From the NCBI GenBank assembly GCA_039807765.1, contig JBDHRU010000001.1:1-50663 (forward strand): a stretch of DNA of 50,663 bases. The letters run 5' to 3'. A program made the translations under genes and the position numbers. Each line of letters begins with the position of its first letter. Within the stretch, counting starts at the first letter, position 1. Positions 10,261 to 20,491 of this stretch are shown here, piece by piece. Source of the DNA: Nitrosomonas sp. GTDB lineage: Bacteria; Pseudomonadota; Gammaproteobacteria; Burkholderiales; Nitrosomonadaceae. The notes under the pieces are model-generated. The model saw only the letters and a program-made list of their open reading frames with translations. It did no database searches and was not told the DNA's origin.

Positions 10261-10606
10261 ATTTTTTCTGCGTGGCGTTTTTTTTGCCTTCCTGGCGCAT
10301 TTTGTTTTCGAGTTTTTCCATTTGCTCAGGTGTTAATACAGCTTTCAAACCAGATCGTGTTTCTTCTTGAATGGATTGCAATTTTTTACGTTCTTCGTTG
10401 AAAACAGCTTCAACTTTCTTTTTTTCTGTGTTGAGGATGGTTTCAACTTTGCTGCGCTGCGTTTCATTCAACCCCAATTCTTTCGTCATCCGGTTAATGG
10501 CATCGCGGTTGTCTGCGGGTGAACTGTTCTTTTGCGCATGTGTGGCAGAAACCGTAAAAAATAGCACCAAGATCAGCATTGCAGGGATTGTTTTTCTTAG
10601 CATCAT
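10259..10606 (-). CDS. Exported helical protein, Spy/CpxP (LTXXQ)-like
   Basis: Signal peptide (..ATHA/QK); ELGLNETQ and VLTPEQ motifs; GAG(G/T) SD-like sequence upstream. Confidence 0.65.
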   Translation of the reverse strand: MMLRKTIPAMLILVLFFTVSATHAQKNSSPADNRDAINRMTKELGLNETQRSKVETILNTEKKKVEAVFNEERKKLQSIQEETRSGLKAVLTPEQMEKLENKMRQEGKKNATQKK

Positions 10607-10659
10607 GGACTCCTCGATTGGGTGATAAATTCTCAGGATGAGATTTTGTGTGCGAAGGA

Positions 10660-10700
10660 AAATATTCTCGGTTGCAATCTTCTACAACCGGAGAATATTT
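10660..10700 (-). terminator. Inverted repeat downstream of traT-like gene
   Basis: AAATATTCTC-GGTTG ... CAACC-G-GAGAATATTT stem with one bulge. Confidence 0.5.
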
Positions 10701-10742
10701 CTTATTGTCTTATTGCATCGGATGGATGTTCGGCATTCTATT

Positions 10743-11516
10743 TTAGAAAAGGCCGGAAATAGAACGCGCCAATCCATTAGTCAATTCAACTGCGGCTTCT
10801 TCGTACTGCAAATTCGCTTTGTTGGCCGTGCTCACCACGCGCGTGCGAAATTTGTTCATTTCGCTGACTTTTGTCGAGGATTGTCTGCGAGCACCCCCTA
10901 TACCTTGTTTTGCATCCTGTCGTCGGTCTTCGCGGACAATGACGCCATCTTCGGCGCGCTCCGCGATCTCGACATCGGTAATCGCCATAAATGTGACATC
11001 TTTAACAGAGGCATCTGCAATGGTGCTGACAACACCGAATGCCGCCGCACCGGCCAGCCCACCAATACCGGCGCCCGTCCAGCCGCCCATCGCTGCGCCA
11101 GTGGCTGTTCCCACAGCAGCACCCAAGGCTGCGCTACCCATGCCGCCATATCCCGCTCTGAGCGCGGCTTCCGCGGCGGTGGGGCTGGCTTTGTCGACAC
11201 TCAGCACGTTGGCTTGCAGCCAGTAATGAGCTTCTTTCGGATTGGTGGTGATACGGTAGCCGCGGCCTTCCAATGCCCGGGCGACTGTGGCGGTGATATC
11301 GAAATTGGTTTTGTCGGAAGTATTGCGAATACTCAGGTAAACGACTTTTTTATCCGGTTCGACGGGATCCAGAAAAATAGAATCGCTCATTTTGGTTTGT
11401 ACATCCAGATCCTTTTTGGCAATCGATGTATGAACTGCGGCGCACCCGCTTAAAATCAAAGAACATAGCGCGATCCCTGATAGTATCCAGGTTTTCTTGT
11501 TAACGGAGTACTCCAT
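10743..11516 (-). CDS. traT: TraT-family outer membrane lipoprotein (complement resistance/surface exclusion family)
   Basis: Lipobox LSGC; LDVQTKMSDSIFLDP, IRNTSDK, AHYWLQANV, glycine zipper, TRVVSTANKANL...ISGLF match TraT. Confidence 0.85.
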   Translation of the reverse strand: MEYSVNKKTWILSGIALCSLILSGCAAVHTSIAKKDLDVQTKMSDSIFLDPVEPDKKVVYLSIRNTSDKTNFDITATVARALEGRGYRITTNPKEAHYWLQANVLSVDKASPTAAEAALRAGYGGMGSAALGAAVGTATGAAMGGWTGAGIGGLAGAAAFGVVSTIADASVKDVTFMAITDVEIAERAEDGVIVREDRRQDAKQGIGGARRQSSTKVSEMNKFRTRVVSTANKANLQYEEAAVELTNGLARSISGLF

Positions 11517-11610
11517 TTCATTTTCCTTTTAACGATTGAATAAAGAATTAAATTGCTTAAATGATTAAGCCAGCTTGCCGGTTATTTTGCAGCGCAGAAA
11601 CCGGTAAAAA

Positions 11611-11961
11611 TTACCAGCCGTAATAATACGGCAGATAATTGCCGGCGCCATATAGGCCGCCGTAATACGGCCGCCTATAACCACCGAAATAGCTGCCGTA
11701 GCCATAATTCTGTCCCAAAACACAGCCTAGACCGAAACAACCTGGCTGATAGTTTGGCGTTTTAGTCGGTGTACCTCTATCGGTGGCTTCCTTCAGCGCT
11801 TTCGTTAGCGTGGCGTCATCCGGGACACTAAAAGGCTTGCCGGCAGTTTCGGCATTGAATTGTCTTTGAATCTCGCTGACATCCTGTGCGGTAACCGTGC
11901 TACTCACAAGAAATGCTGCAAGAATTGCATAAAAAAAAGTGATAACTTTTGTTGAGCGCAT
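11611..11961 (-). CDS. Hypothetical secreted protein with Gly/Tyr-rich C-terminus
   Basis: Signal peptide (VTA/QD); AGGAGG SD upstream; co-oriented with neighbours. Confidence 0.75.
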   Translation of the reverse strand: MRSTKVITFFYAILAAFLVSSTVTAQDVSEIQRQFNAETAGKPFSVPDDATLTKALKEATDRGTPTKTPNYQPGCFGLGCVLGQNYGYGSYFGGYRRPYYGGLYGAGNYLPYYYGW

Positions 11962-12082
11962 CGCACACCTCCTGATTGCAAATGAATGAATAATATTATC
12001 AAATCGAGAGTTTGCCGTCTTGAGTATTTTTAATACCGAATCAATGATTTGTTTAAAATACGATATGAATCGGGAGGCATGG

Positions 12083-12118
12083 AAAAACTACTCATTCAGC
12101 GCAGCTGAATGAGTAGTT
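12083..12118 (-). terminator. Intrinsic terminator
   Basis: Perfect 15-bp inverted repeat AACTACTCATTCAGC-GCA-GCTGAATGAGTAGTT ending in a T-run on the minus strand, ~25 bp after the stop of 12142..12765. Confidence 0.8.
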
Positions 12119-12141
12119 ATCTATTCATGAATTACTTTATT

Positions 12142-12765
12142 CTAGAATGCTATATTCCTGAAATTTCCTGAAAATACACCGGTTACTGGTGCAAAAGATG
12201 GCTGAAAAGCAGAAATTGATGTGGCTGCTGGATTGATATTATTAAAAATAAACTTTACTTTGACTGGCACACCTTGAATCATATTGAATCTTAAGCTATC
12301 AGAGCCCGATTGATCGAGCGCAGTCACAGTGGATGGGCTGTATTCGTTACCTAGATTATCAAATAGTTTACTTGGGGAAGCAGCGGTACTACTACTGGGG
12401 GGATATACATTACTTGCACCTGCTGCTGCCATTGCTTGGTCTTTATTGATACTAGTAACCTTTGTCATGCAACTGATTTGATTATATCCAGACAGAGAAC
12501 ACCCCATAAAATCAACTTTTACACCATTAAATGTCATAGTTTCTAGCGCTGTTTCTGAAAAAGAAGTGTCCTTCAAAGTAGCGTCCAGGATCGTGAAAGT
12601 CCCATTGGCTAAATCCAGTTGCAGCGTAACGCTGTCATAAACTGTCGATCCATCGACTGAAACTTCGCGCATGACAAGGTTACCGGTTTTGCTGGTAAAG
12701 TTGACGATAGCGAAACAGGTGCTGCTGCTCAACAGCAGCGTTAAAATCAAAGCTATTTTCTTCAT
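12142..12765 (-). CDS. Hypothetical secreted beta-rich protein
   Basis: Signal peptide MKKIALILTLLLSSSTCFA; AGGG SD; own terminator; Cys pair CSLSGYNQISC. Confidence 0.75.
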   Translation of the reverse strand: MKKIALILTLLLSSSTCFAIVNFTSKTGNLVMREVSVDGSTVYDSVTLQLDLANGTFTILDATLKDTSFSETALETMTFNGVKVDFMGCSLSGYNQISCMTKVTSINKDQAMAAAGASNVYPPSSSTAASPSKLFDNLGNEYSPSTVTALDQSGSDSLRFNMIQGVPVKVKFIFNNINPAATSISAFQPSFAPVTGVFSGNFRNIAF

Positions 12766-13205
12766 TTATTTTTATTCCCTTAATGAGTGAGATAAATGTT
12801 GCCGGGGACAATCCGGCTATCGATTCCGTGCCTGGGCATCGTCATATCAGCCGAAATAAAATGAGGCTCCGTTGAAAAAAGATTCCTCTTATTCTTAGCA
12901 GATGAAAAAGCCGCGTGCATTGTAAGGGAAAGTTGTCACAAAATGAATGCGTTATTTGTAATTTTATCGAGTAATTGATGGTAGAGTGGGATAGCCAGAG
13001 AACTCAGTCATTATGGTAGAAAATTCTTTCTACTACCTAGCTCCTTTGATTTAATGTAGGGGGGAAGGGATTATCCAGTATGATTCTTACCGACTTAAAC
13101 ATCGCAAGGAAGCGTTCGAAATTTAAAATGCGCCGCTTTTTAACTGGAAGCTCTGGGATTTTGATAAAGTCATAATTTTTGAGAGCTGATCGGCAAAAAT
13201 CCAGG

Positions 13206-14162
13206 TTAATTGATGTTCTTTTCAATCAGTTGCTGACTGATTTTCATTGGTTCTTTTTTATTAAAATAAGCAGCTTTGCGCGAAAAATCCTGTCCCAGTA
13301 GAATTTTGATTTGTATATCGCGACGCAATTCGTTGTTCTCAATCAATTTAGCCTGTATTGGCAGCATTTGATTAACTTGGAAAGCTTGCTGATAATTTCC
13401 CGATCGATAATAAATTTCAGTTTGGCTCTGATTATATGCCCTATGATTTGTCAGTCTTGTCTTGGTAATGCCATATTGTTGAAGAAAAACGGACATTTGC
13501 TTTGCCATTCCGGTAATGCCGTTACCATTGGAAACTTCTAATCGCATATCTGCGTTATTCAGTAGCCTGGAATTTTCATCAACCGAATTGGTATCGGTTT
13601 TGGAAAGCGTTTGAGTCGCAAGAGATAGTGGGTTAATTGGATTTTGTTGCGATGCGGCGGCTTTATTATCCGAGCGGCTTTTTTTCTGTGCGATTTCCAA
13701 ATTCAAGCGTGCGCTTTTATTCTTTGGATCTAGCGACACAGCTTTATTTAGCGATTCGATTGCTGCGGCAGAATTACTCCGGATCAGATGAGCATAACCA
13801 AGATTGCTATATAAATAGGCTTCCTGTGGCGCTAATTCAATGGCTCTATGAAAGTGTTGCAGAGACAGTTCATGGCGGCCTTGCATGGAGTATATAACGC
13901 CCAATCCATTGTGCACTTCTACATAATCGGGTTTTACCGCGAGCGCTTTTTCGTATGCAGCGATGGCCTTCTGGTAATCCAATTTACCTTGATGGTATCG
14001 CCCTAGTAAATACATAATCTTGGGGCTTCCATTGGCATGATTAATTCTCATCATCGGTTTGATTTCGATCCCATCAAGATCGGCGCCTTTCTGCATCGAG
14101 GTGCATGACGCCAATAGCAGTGTGACACTTAACACCCAGTGCAGCTTTTTGACTTTGAACAT
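13206..14162 (-). CDS. TPR lipoprotein with C-terminal LytR_C-like domain (tad-associated)
   Basis: Lipobox LLASC; TPRs (HNGLGVIY, YSNLGYA); LEVSNGNGITGMA...IKILLGQDF is a LytR_C signature. Confidence 0.8.
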   Translation of the reverse strand: MFKVKKLHWVLSVTLLLASCTSMQKGADLDGIEIKPMMRINHANGSPKIMYLLGRYHQGKLDYQKAIAAYEKALAVKPDYVEVHNGLGVIYSMQGRHELSLQHFHRAIELAPQEAYLYSNLGYAHLIRSNSAAAIESLNKAVSLDPKNKSARLNLEIAQKKSRSDNKAAASQQNPINPLSLATQTLSKTDTNSVDENSRLLNNADMRLEVSNGNGITGMAKQMSVFLQQYGITKTRLTNHRAYNQSQTEIYYRSGNYQQAFQVNQMLPIQAKLIENNELRRDIQIKILLGQDFSRKAAYFNKKEPMKISQQLIEKNIN

Positions 14163-14191
14163 GATGTTTTCCTATTCTTCGATGGTTAAGG

Positions 14192-14785
14192 CTATTTAAG
14201 TGATGGTTCGGTTGTAGATACCGGACGAATAATTTCCAGTCCGGAATTTCCCTGGAAAGCGTTCGATTCCTGCCATCGGCTGCATAGCTTGTCTTCGGTA
14301 CAACCCATTTGTTTGTACGCCGATTTCAGGTTATTGCGCGCATGTAAATTTTGTGGATCCAACTGTAAAGCCCGTTCAAACGCGCCCGCTGCATCGGCAC
14401 TCTGCCCTTGTTTTAAAAGAGCATAACCCAGGTTATTGTGTAGAAAGGATAGTGAGGGTGCCAATTTGATGGCTGCCCTGATGAAGCTGATTCCAAGTTC
14501 GTCTTCACCCAGAATTGAGTATATAACGCCCATGCTGCTATATGCTTCGTAATAATCCGGTTTTAGTTCAATGGCTTTCTCGAAAGCATCGATTGCTTCG
14601 GCATATTCGCTTTTTTGATAGTGCTCGCGGCCGGAAGCATAGAATCTCTCTGCTTCACTTAACCGCTGACTGTTTATTCCGGATGATGCGCCGCCGCCGA
14701 TGCCAGTTTTTTGCTGTAGCGCAGAGCATCCTGTCAGTACCAGCAGACAGATACCCATCAATGCGAGTTTTTTAAATTTTTTCAT
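14192..14785 (-). CDS. TPR lipoprotein, TadD/pilotin-like
   Basis: Lipobox LTGC, tandem TPRs, directly after tadC; ATG at 14785 with AGGAG upstream. Confidence 0.75.
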   Translation of the reverse strand: MKKFKKLALMGICLLVLTGCSALQQKTGIGGGASSGINSQRLSEAERFYASGREHYQKSEYAEAIDAFEKAIELKPDYYEAYSSMGVIYSILGEDELGISFIRAAIKLAPSLSFLHNNLGYALLKQGQSADAAGAFERALQLDPQNLHARNNLKSAYKQMGCTEDKLCSRWQESNAFQGNSGLEIIRPVSTTEPSLK

Positions 14786-14805
14786 GGATTCATGGCTCCT
14801 TGTGA

Positions 14806-15747
14806 TCAACCACCCGACATGGCGGGTAGTAACACTCTGGCGATATTGATAATCGCCGGTCCGACGATAACAACAAGCAAAGCGGGAAAGATAAAGAAAA
14901 TAAGCGGGAACAGCAGTTTGAGTGCGATTTTGGCTGCCGCTTCTTCAGCGCGGAGGCGCCGTTTGGTGCGCAGCATGTCGGAATGAATTCTGAGCGATGA
15001 TGCAATACTGGTGCCAAAGCGATCGGCCTGGATGAGCATGGCTACCAATCCTTCTATTTCTTCAACTCCGGTTCTTAGTGCCAGATTGCGCAATGCCTGA
15101 TCGCGGCTTCTGCCTGCACGCATTTCCAAATTGACCAAGTGGAGTTCTTCAGCCAATGGTTTGCATTTTACGTACATTTCCACTCCAACCTTTCTCATTG
15201 CGGCATCCAGACCTAATCCGGCTTCTACGCATACCGTCATCAGGTCAATGGCATCGGGAAAATTTTCAAACAAATCGCGCTGTCGGATCTTGATGATATA
15301 GGCCAGAGCTAAATTAGGCAGGTAATAGCCCGTGGTTACTAAAGCAAGAGAAACGGTCAATAAGGTATTATTATTCACTTCCAAACCGCTGATACCCGCA
15401 TAAAGCAGGAACATGCCCGGCATTAGCAATGCCAGCAGCGTTTTGCCGCCAAAGTAAAAAAATGGCACCGATTGGGAACGGTAGCCTGCATGCATGAAGC
15501 AAGTACGTAGCGGCGAACTTTCCCATCCTTCACTCGGTAAAGAAAGCGCGGCGAACGGACTGGTGAGTTTATTGGCGACTTCTTCCCATGGGTTGGCTTC
15601 ATTTAAGGCCGATGCAGCATTCTCGGATGCTATTTGATTCAAGCGTGATTGCATTGAGTTGGGTGTCAGTAGACGCATCAAACCAAAAACACCTCCAGCC
15701 ACAGCAACGAAAATGATGACCAGATATAGGATTTGAATCATTGTCAT
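14806..15747 (-). CDS. tadC: Tad pilus inner membrane platform protein TadC
   Basis: FPDAIDLMTVCVEAGLGLDAA, LIQADRFGTSIA, AEEAAAK...KLLFPL. Confidence 0.93.
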   Translation of the reverse strand: MTMIQILYLVIIFVAVAGGVFGLMRLLTPNSMQSRLNQIASENAASALNEANPWEEVANKLTSPFAALSLPSEGWESSPLRTCFMHAGYRSQSVPFFYFGGKTLLALLMPGMFLLYAGISGLEVNNNTLLTVSLALVTTGYYLPNLALAYIIKIRQRDLFENFPDAIDLMTVCVEAGLGLDAAMRKVGVEMYVKCKPLAEELHLVNLEMRAGRSRDQALRNLALRTGVEEIEGLVAMLIQADRFGTSIASSLRIHSDMLRTKRRLRAEEAAAKIALKLLFPLIFFIFPALLVVIVGPAIINIARVLLPAMSGG

Positions 15748-15819
15748 GATGGTTACTCCAGGTTATTTTTTATATGGTTGCCGCTCATAAATTGGGTAGA
15801 TCAACTCGCCGGATAAGCT

Positions 15820-16797
15820 CTAAACCCGGATTTTGATAATGCGCCACATGGCAATAATGCCCGTCACCATCATGGTTAGTGAGCTGCCAATCAGTAAATG
15901 CCCCAGAGGATCCGTAAACAATATATTCAAATATCCGGGGTTGATCAGATGGATGACCAATGCCATTGCAAAAGGCAGGCAACCGAGAATCCAAGCTGAC
16001 AAGCGGCCTTCAGCCGACAGCACACGAATGGTGCCAAGCAGTTTGAGACGCGCGCGAATCAGACTGCTGATATTTTCAAGTAATTCCGTTAGATTGCCGC
16101 CGCTTTCCCGTTGAATCAGAACGGCAATGACAAGATAGCGCAGATCGGTGCTTGGGATGCGGGTGCTCAGATTCATCAGGGCGTCCTGCATCGAAATGCC
16201 ATAGTTGATTTCATCGAACGTAGTGCGGAATTCATTGGCAATAGGATCAACACTTTCACTAGAAACCATTTGCAGCGCACCGGAAAAAGCGTGCCCCGCT
16301 TTTAATGCGCGGGCCATCAAATCAATGGCATCCGGCAATTGCTCTTCAATCTTCAGTAAGCGCTTACGCCGCTCACTCAGTACTAATAAAAACGGTACTG
16401 AACCAGCTACTACAAGAGAAAGTAATGTAAAAGTAAAATGTAGATTGAATAGCGTTGCGATAGCCATTCCGCCGATTGCCGATAGGCAGGTGTAACCCAA
16501 GAAGCTGGAAACACTCAGTTGCATACCAGACTGAATCAGCAAGCGATCCAGGCTGTGAATGCGAGGGATCTCCATCAACATGCGTTCTAGCGCTGGGGAA
16601 TCGCTCAGCAGACGTTCCTTGACCAGGTTTTGTTGCCCGACCGAATCTTCCCAGCCGGCGGAGATAGCCTGTAGCCGTTTTTCAATACGCGCTGCTTCCG
16701 GTCCCTTGTAAGTATTCCAAAGTAGATAAAGGCCCTCCAGAAGCAGCACGATTGCAATGAAAACCATCGAGATAAACAGATAATAAGAATAATCCAT
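15820..16797 (-). CDS. tadB: Tad pilus inner membrane platform protein TadB
   Basis: QLPDAIDLMARALKAGH, IQRESGGNL, LSAEGRLSA. Confidence 0.93.
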   Translation of the reverse strand: MDYSYYLFISMVFIAIVLLLEGLYLLWNTYKGPEAARIEKRLQAISAGWEDSVGQQNLVKERLLSDSPALERMLMEIPRIHSLDRLLIQSGMQLSVSSFLGYTCLSAIGGMAIATLFNLHFTFTLLSLVVAGSVPFLLVLSERRKRLLKIEEQLPDAIDLMARALKAGHAFSGALQMVSSESVDPIANEFRTTFDEINYGISMQDALMNLSTRIPSTDLRYLVIAVLIQRESGGNLTELLENISSLIRARLKLLGTIRVLSAEGRLSAWILGCLPFAMALVIHLINPGYLNILFTDPLGHLLIGSSLTMMVTGIIAMWRIIKIRV

Positions 16798-16814
16798 TTT
16801 TACAAAGAGCCTTG

Positions 16815-18182
16815 TTATTTAAAAACTCTGGTTGGATCAAACAATTCGTCGCGCAGGGAAACACCAAATACCTTCAGGCGGTCGGCAAATTTGGGTCGTA
16901 TGCCGGTTGCATGGAAGTGACCTTGTATCGCGCCATTATTGTCCACACCTGTTTGTGCGTAGGTAAAAATTTCCTGCATGGTAATGATGTCGCCTTCCAT
17001 TCCCGTGATCTCCTGGAGACTGATCAATTTACGTTTTCCATCCGTCATGCGGGAAACCTGTACGACAACCCAGATTGCGGAACTGATCTGCTGTCTTACC
17101 GCTTTTGCGGGAAGATTCATTTCCGCCATGCTGACCATATTTTCAATCCGGCTTAATGCATCTCTCGGTGTATTGGCATGCACAGTCGTCATGGAACCTT
17201 CGTGACCGGTGTTCATGGCTTGCAACATATCCATCGCTTCCGGGCCACGCACCTCACCGATAATGATCCGGTCCGGCCGCATACGCAGGCTATTCCGCAC
17301 CAGAGCGCGTTGTGTCACTTCACCCTTGCCTTCGACATTGGGCGGGCGCGTTTCAAGCCGGACAACGTGTGGTTGTTGCAACTGCAGCTCGGCTGCATCC
17401 TCGATCGTCACAATTCTCTCGGATGCAGGAATGAATCCGGACATGATATTGAGCAATGTGGTTTTACCGCTGCCCGTTCCTCCGGAGATCAACAGGTTGC
17501 ATTTACTCTTGACCAATCCTGCGATCACTTCCGCCATCGCCGGTGTCAGCGATTTGTTTTGAATCAGATCATCTATCTTCAATGGTGAAACCGGAAAACG
17601 GCGGATCGACAGCAGCGGGCCATCCAAAGCCAATGGAGGAATGATGGCGTTGACACGGGAGCCGTCCGCCAGCCGGGCATCGACCATCGGACTGGATTCA
17701 TCGACGCGGCGGCCGATTCTCGACACGATGCGGTCTATGATTCTCAGCAAATGACGGTTATCGGCAAAATGCGCATCGGTGAGTTCCAGTTTGCCGCGGC
17801 GTTCGACGTATACTTGATTGTAAGTATTGACCAAAATATCCGAAATCGCCGGATCGGCCAGTAAAGGTTCCAATGGCCCCAAACCCAGGATTTCATGCTG
17901 AATATCGGAAACCAGGCTGCCTCTTTCAGTCAGATTGATGGGTATTTTTTCTTCACCCAGCAACTGCTCCACGAGCACCTTGAGTTCATTCATCAGCCGG
18001 TCTGGCGGCAGCTTTTCCATTACCGAGAGATCGACCCGATCAAGTAGTTTCTGGTGTATTCTGGATTTGAGCTCATGATATGAGCTCTTTTCAAGTTTTG
18101 AGCTGTCCTCCACAACGAGCACCGGTTCAGGTACGGCCGTATTACTCTCTCCCCAGCGTTGCAAGCGATCTCGTATAGACAT
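16815..18182 (-). CDS. tadA: Tad pilus assembly ATPase TadA/CpaF
   Basis: [11 protein letters not shown], Walker [32 protein letters not shown]. Confidence 0.96.
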   Translation of the reverse strand: MSIRDRLQRWGESNTAVPEPVLVVEDSSKLEKSSYHELKSRIHQKLLDRVDLSVMEKLPPDRLMNELKVLVEQLLGEEKIPINLTERGSLVSDIQHEILGLGPLEPLLADPAISDILVNTYNQVYVERRGKLELTDAHFADNRHLLRIIDRIVSRIGRRVDESSPMVDARLADGSRVNAIIPPLALDGPLLSIRRFPVSPLKIDDLIQNKSLTPAMAEVIAGLVKSKCNLLISGGTGSGKTTLLNIMSGFIPASERIVTIEDAAELQLQQPHVVRLETRPPNVEGKGEVTQRALVRNSLRMRPDRIIIGEVRGPEAMDMLQAMNTGHEGSMTTVHANTPRDALSRIENMVSMAEMNLPAKAVRQQISSAIWVVVQVSRMTDGKRKLISLQEITGMEGDIITMQEIFTYAQTGVDNNGAIQGHFHATGIRPKFADRLKVFGVSLRDELFDPTRVFK

Positions 18183-18205
18183 AATCAATAATCCACTAAA
18201 TGATG

Positions 18206-19402
18206 TTAAGAGAATAGTTTCCTAAACCAGCGTTGTTGTTGCCCGGTGCTCTGGCTCAATTCATTGCTGACATCCTCGATCGCTTTGGCGATGGGGCTGC
18301 GTGGCGCGAGCTTGAACACCGGCACACCATGATTTACCGATTCATCGACTACGGAAAAGTTATTGGGAATCGATTTGAAAACCTCGCATTTGAGCGTGTT
18401 CTGAATATCGTCCAAGGTAATTTCACTCTTTTTGTCATAACGATTGACAATAAGCTGCAATTTGTCCTTGTGGTAACCCAATGAGCGGAACACATCGATC
18501 AAACGCTTGGCGTCGCGGATGAATGGCAGTGTTTGTTGCATCACCGGAAAAATCATATCGGCCTTGTCGAGTGCTTGAACCGATACGGCATCCATACGCC
18601 GGCCGATATCGAGAATGACAAAATCATAATTCTTGATGGCGATTTGCAGTATCGGATTGACATGCTCCGGTTTTATTTCCGTGGCCTTTTCCGGCTCATC
18701 CGGCGCAACCAGTATGCCCAGATTGGGTGTAACCTGAATCATGCTGGAAGCCAGAAATGCGCCATCCAGCCGGTGAATCTGCCGGGCGACGTCGGCTATG
18801 GATGCTGGAGATTTGCTGTCGCTGAGAAATAATGAAGCATCCCCCAACTGCAAATTGAAATCGATCAAGGCAACCCGCTGATTATTCTGCGCCGCCAAGG
18901 TATAAGCCAGGTTGGTTGCAAGGAATGTAGCGCCGCTGCCGCCTTTGCAGGGAATAAATGCTAATACTTTTCCATTTCTGATCGGTATATTGGCCTGTTT
19001 GATTCTTTGCTGAAATCGCTGAATCGCACCCAGCAGCGCTTCACGAGTTGGTGGCGTGGGCAGTGCTTCCCGGACGCCGACGCGCATCGCTTCCAACAAT
19101 CGTTCAGGCGATTGGGTTGGACAAAGCATGATGACACCCAGGCTTGGAAAGCGCGCCGTCACATTCCCTAAAATTTGCAGATCACCGGCTTCATCCTCGG
19201 AGCTTTCCAGTAAGAGCAGATCGGGATGTTCCTGCTCCGCCACTGCAACCACTTGCTGCATGCCGCCGTTGATGGTTAATAGCCTATAGGGATGCCCCTG
19301 ATTCGAGCTTTGCGAGAATGAGTCGGGCGGATCAAATTCGGATAGGAATTGACGAATGCTTTCCAGAATTTGTTGTTTTCGTGAAACGGCGGCGATAATC
19401 AT
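18206..19402 (-). CDS. cpaE: TadZ/CpaE pilus localisation protein (atypical receiver plus MinD/ParA-like domain)
   Basis: Receiver-like N-terminus (EAMRVGVRE), degenerate Walker [15 protein letters not shown]; upstream of tadA. Confidence 0.9.
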   Translation of the reverse strand: MIIAAVSRKQQILESIRQFLSEFDPPDSFSQSSNQGHPYRLLTINGGMQQVVAVAEQEHPDLLLLESSEDEAGDLQILGNVTARFPSLGVIMLCPTQSPERLLEAMRVGVREALPTPPTREALLGAIQRFQQRIKQANIPIRNGKVLAFIPCKGGSGATFLATNLAYTLAAQNNQRVALIDFNLQLGDASLFLSDSKSPASIADVARQIHRLDGAFLASSMIQVTPNLGILVAPDEPEKATEIKPEHVNPILQIAIKNYDFVILDIGRRMDAVSVQALDKADMIFPVMQQTLPFIRDAKRLIDVFRSLGYHKDKLQLIVNRYDKKSEITLDDIQNTLKCEVFKSIPNNFSVVDESVNHGVPVFKLAPRSPIAKAIEDVSNELSQSTGQQQRWFRKLFS

Positions 19403-19534
19403 CTGTGTTCCTCTAAATTGTTAACCACTATGCAACGAAAAAGGCGCTACACGAATCCATACAGCATCGGCAGGATGCGGGTGCAAGCCGGATAAAGTAG
19501 CCATGATTTCCAATTCCGGCCTCTCTGTCACAGT

Positions 19535-19996
19535 TTAGGTGCAATCCGGATTGGCGCTATCCAAGCTTTCGCGCGGCAATGTCGTGCTAAACGGTGGCAT
19601 CGTGATATTCAGCGGTATCAGCGGAACCAAAGTCGATACGGTCAATCCTGTAATGTTCACCGTTACCGACCAGCAGGAATCCGGATCGCAGCTATTGCCA
19701 TCTTTATCGATATATTGAACAGAAATATTGCTACTATTCAAAATCCCTAGCATGTTCTGCATTTTGGTTTTAACGGCGGTAGCATTCAGATCGCATACCA
19801 CCGCCAGGCGTGCACCCAGCCGGGTTGCTTCCGTGGCCGTATTCCAGTAATACAATACGCGGCTGAATTCCATGATGCCGATCAGGAGTGTGAACAACAC
19901 TGCAGCAATCAAGGCAAATTCAACGGCAGCGGCACCACGCTGATTGAAATGATTAACCGGGACAAATTTTCGCTGGAATCGCAAGCGAGATTTCAT
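19535..19996 (-). CDS. TadE/TadF-like pseudopilin
   Basis: QRG/AAAVEFAL prepilin motif followed by TM and EATRLGAR. Confidence 0.88.
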   Translation of the reverse strand: MKSRLRFQRKFVPVNHFNQRGAAAVEFALIAAVLFTLLIGIMEFSRVLYYWNTATEATRLGARLAVVCDLNATAVKTKMQNMLGILNSSNISVQYIDKDGNSCDPDSCWSVTVNITGLTVSTLVPLIPLNITMPPFSTTLPRESLDSANPDCT

Positions 19997-20484
19997 GATT
20001 GCCTCATCGTGGCGTGAATATCGCCAAAAGTGATCGATTGACTGCCACCGCCCGTAAGTGCACGGGGATCCAGTATGAAATTGAACGTATACCCTGAAAT
20101 TCTGACTTCAACCAATGTAATGGATGTACCTACCGAAGTCGTGGTATTGATGGGATTGATGCTGATCATGCCGGTAGTTAGCCCGGGCAGCAACGTTGCT
20201 CCGCTGCAACCGGTATTGCCATATACCGCAAGGCACTTTGCTTCGTTTTTTGCATTCGTATAACCACTGCTGGCAGGGTTCAGGTGCGAGAGATGCCGCA
20301 CTGAATCGCGTGTCGCTTTAACGAGCGTGTTGTATTGATACAGCGCCCGGCCGAATTCGCCTACTCCCAGCACAAGTAACAACAGCGGAATCAACAGCAA
20401 GGCAAATTCCACGGCGACCGCGCCTCGCATCGTTTTCGGCATGCCACTTCTTGGATTTCCAAGTGGAAATTTTGTCTGATTCAT
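19993..20484 (-). CDS. tadE: TadE-like pseudopilin
   Basis: MRG/AVAVEFAL motif, TM, KATRDSVR. Confidence 0.88.
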   Translation of the reverse strand: MNQTKFPLGNPRSGMPKTMRGAVAVEFALLLIPLLLLVLGVGEFGRALYQYNTLVKATRDSVRHLSHLNPASSGYTNAKNEAKCLAVYGNTGCSGATLLPGLTTGMISINPINTTTSVGTSITLVEVRISGYTFNFILDPRALTGGGSQSITFGDIHATMRQS

Positions 20485-20491
20485 GTCGTGT

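Noticed and set aside
10638-11453. 271-aa plus-strand ORF
   Set aside because: Antisense to the well-supported traT gene; no motifs.
18206-19402. Receiver lacking the phospho-Asp (LLLLES) and degenerate Walker A in CpaE
   Set aside because: Known normal features of TadZ/CpaE proteins.
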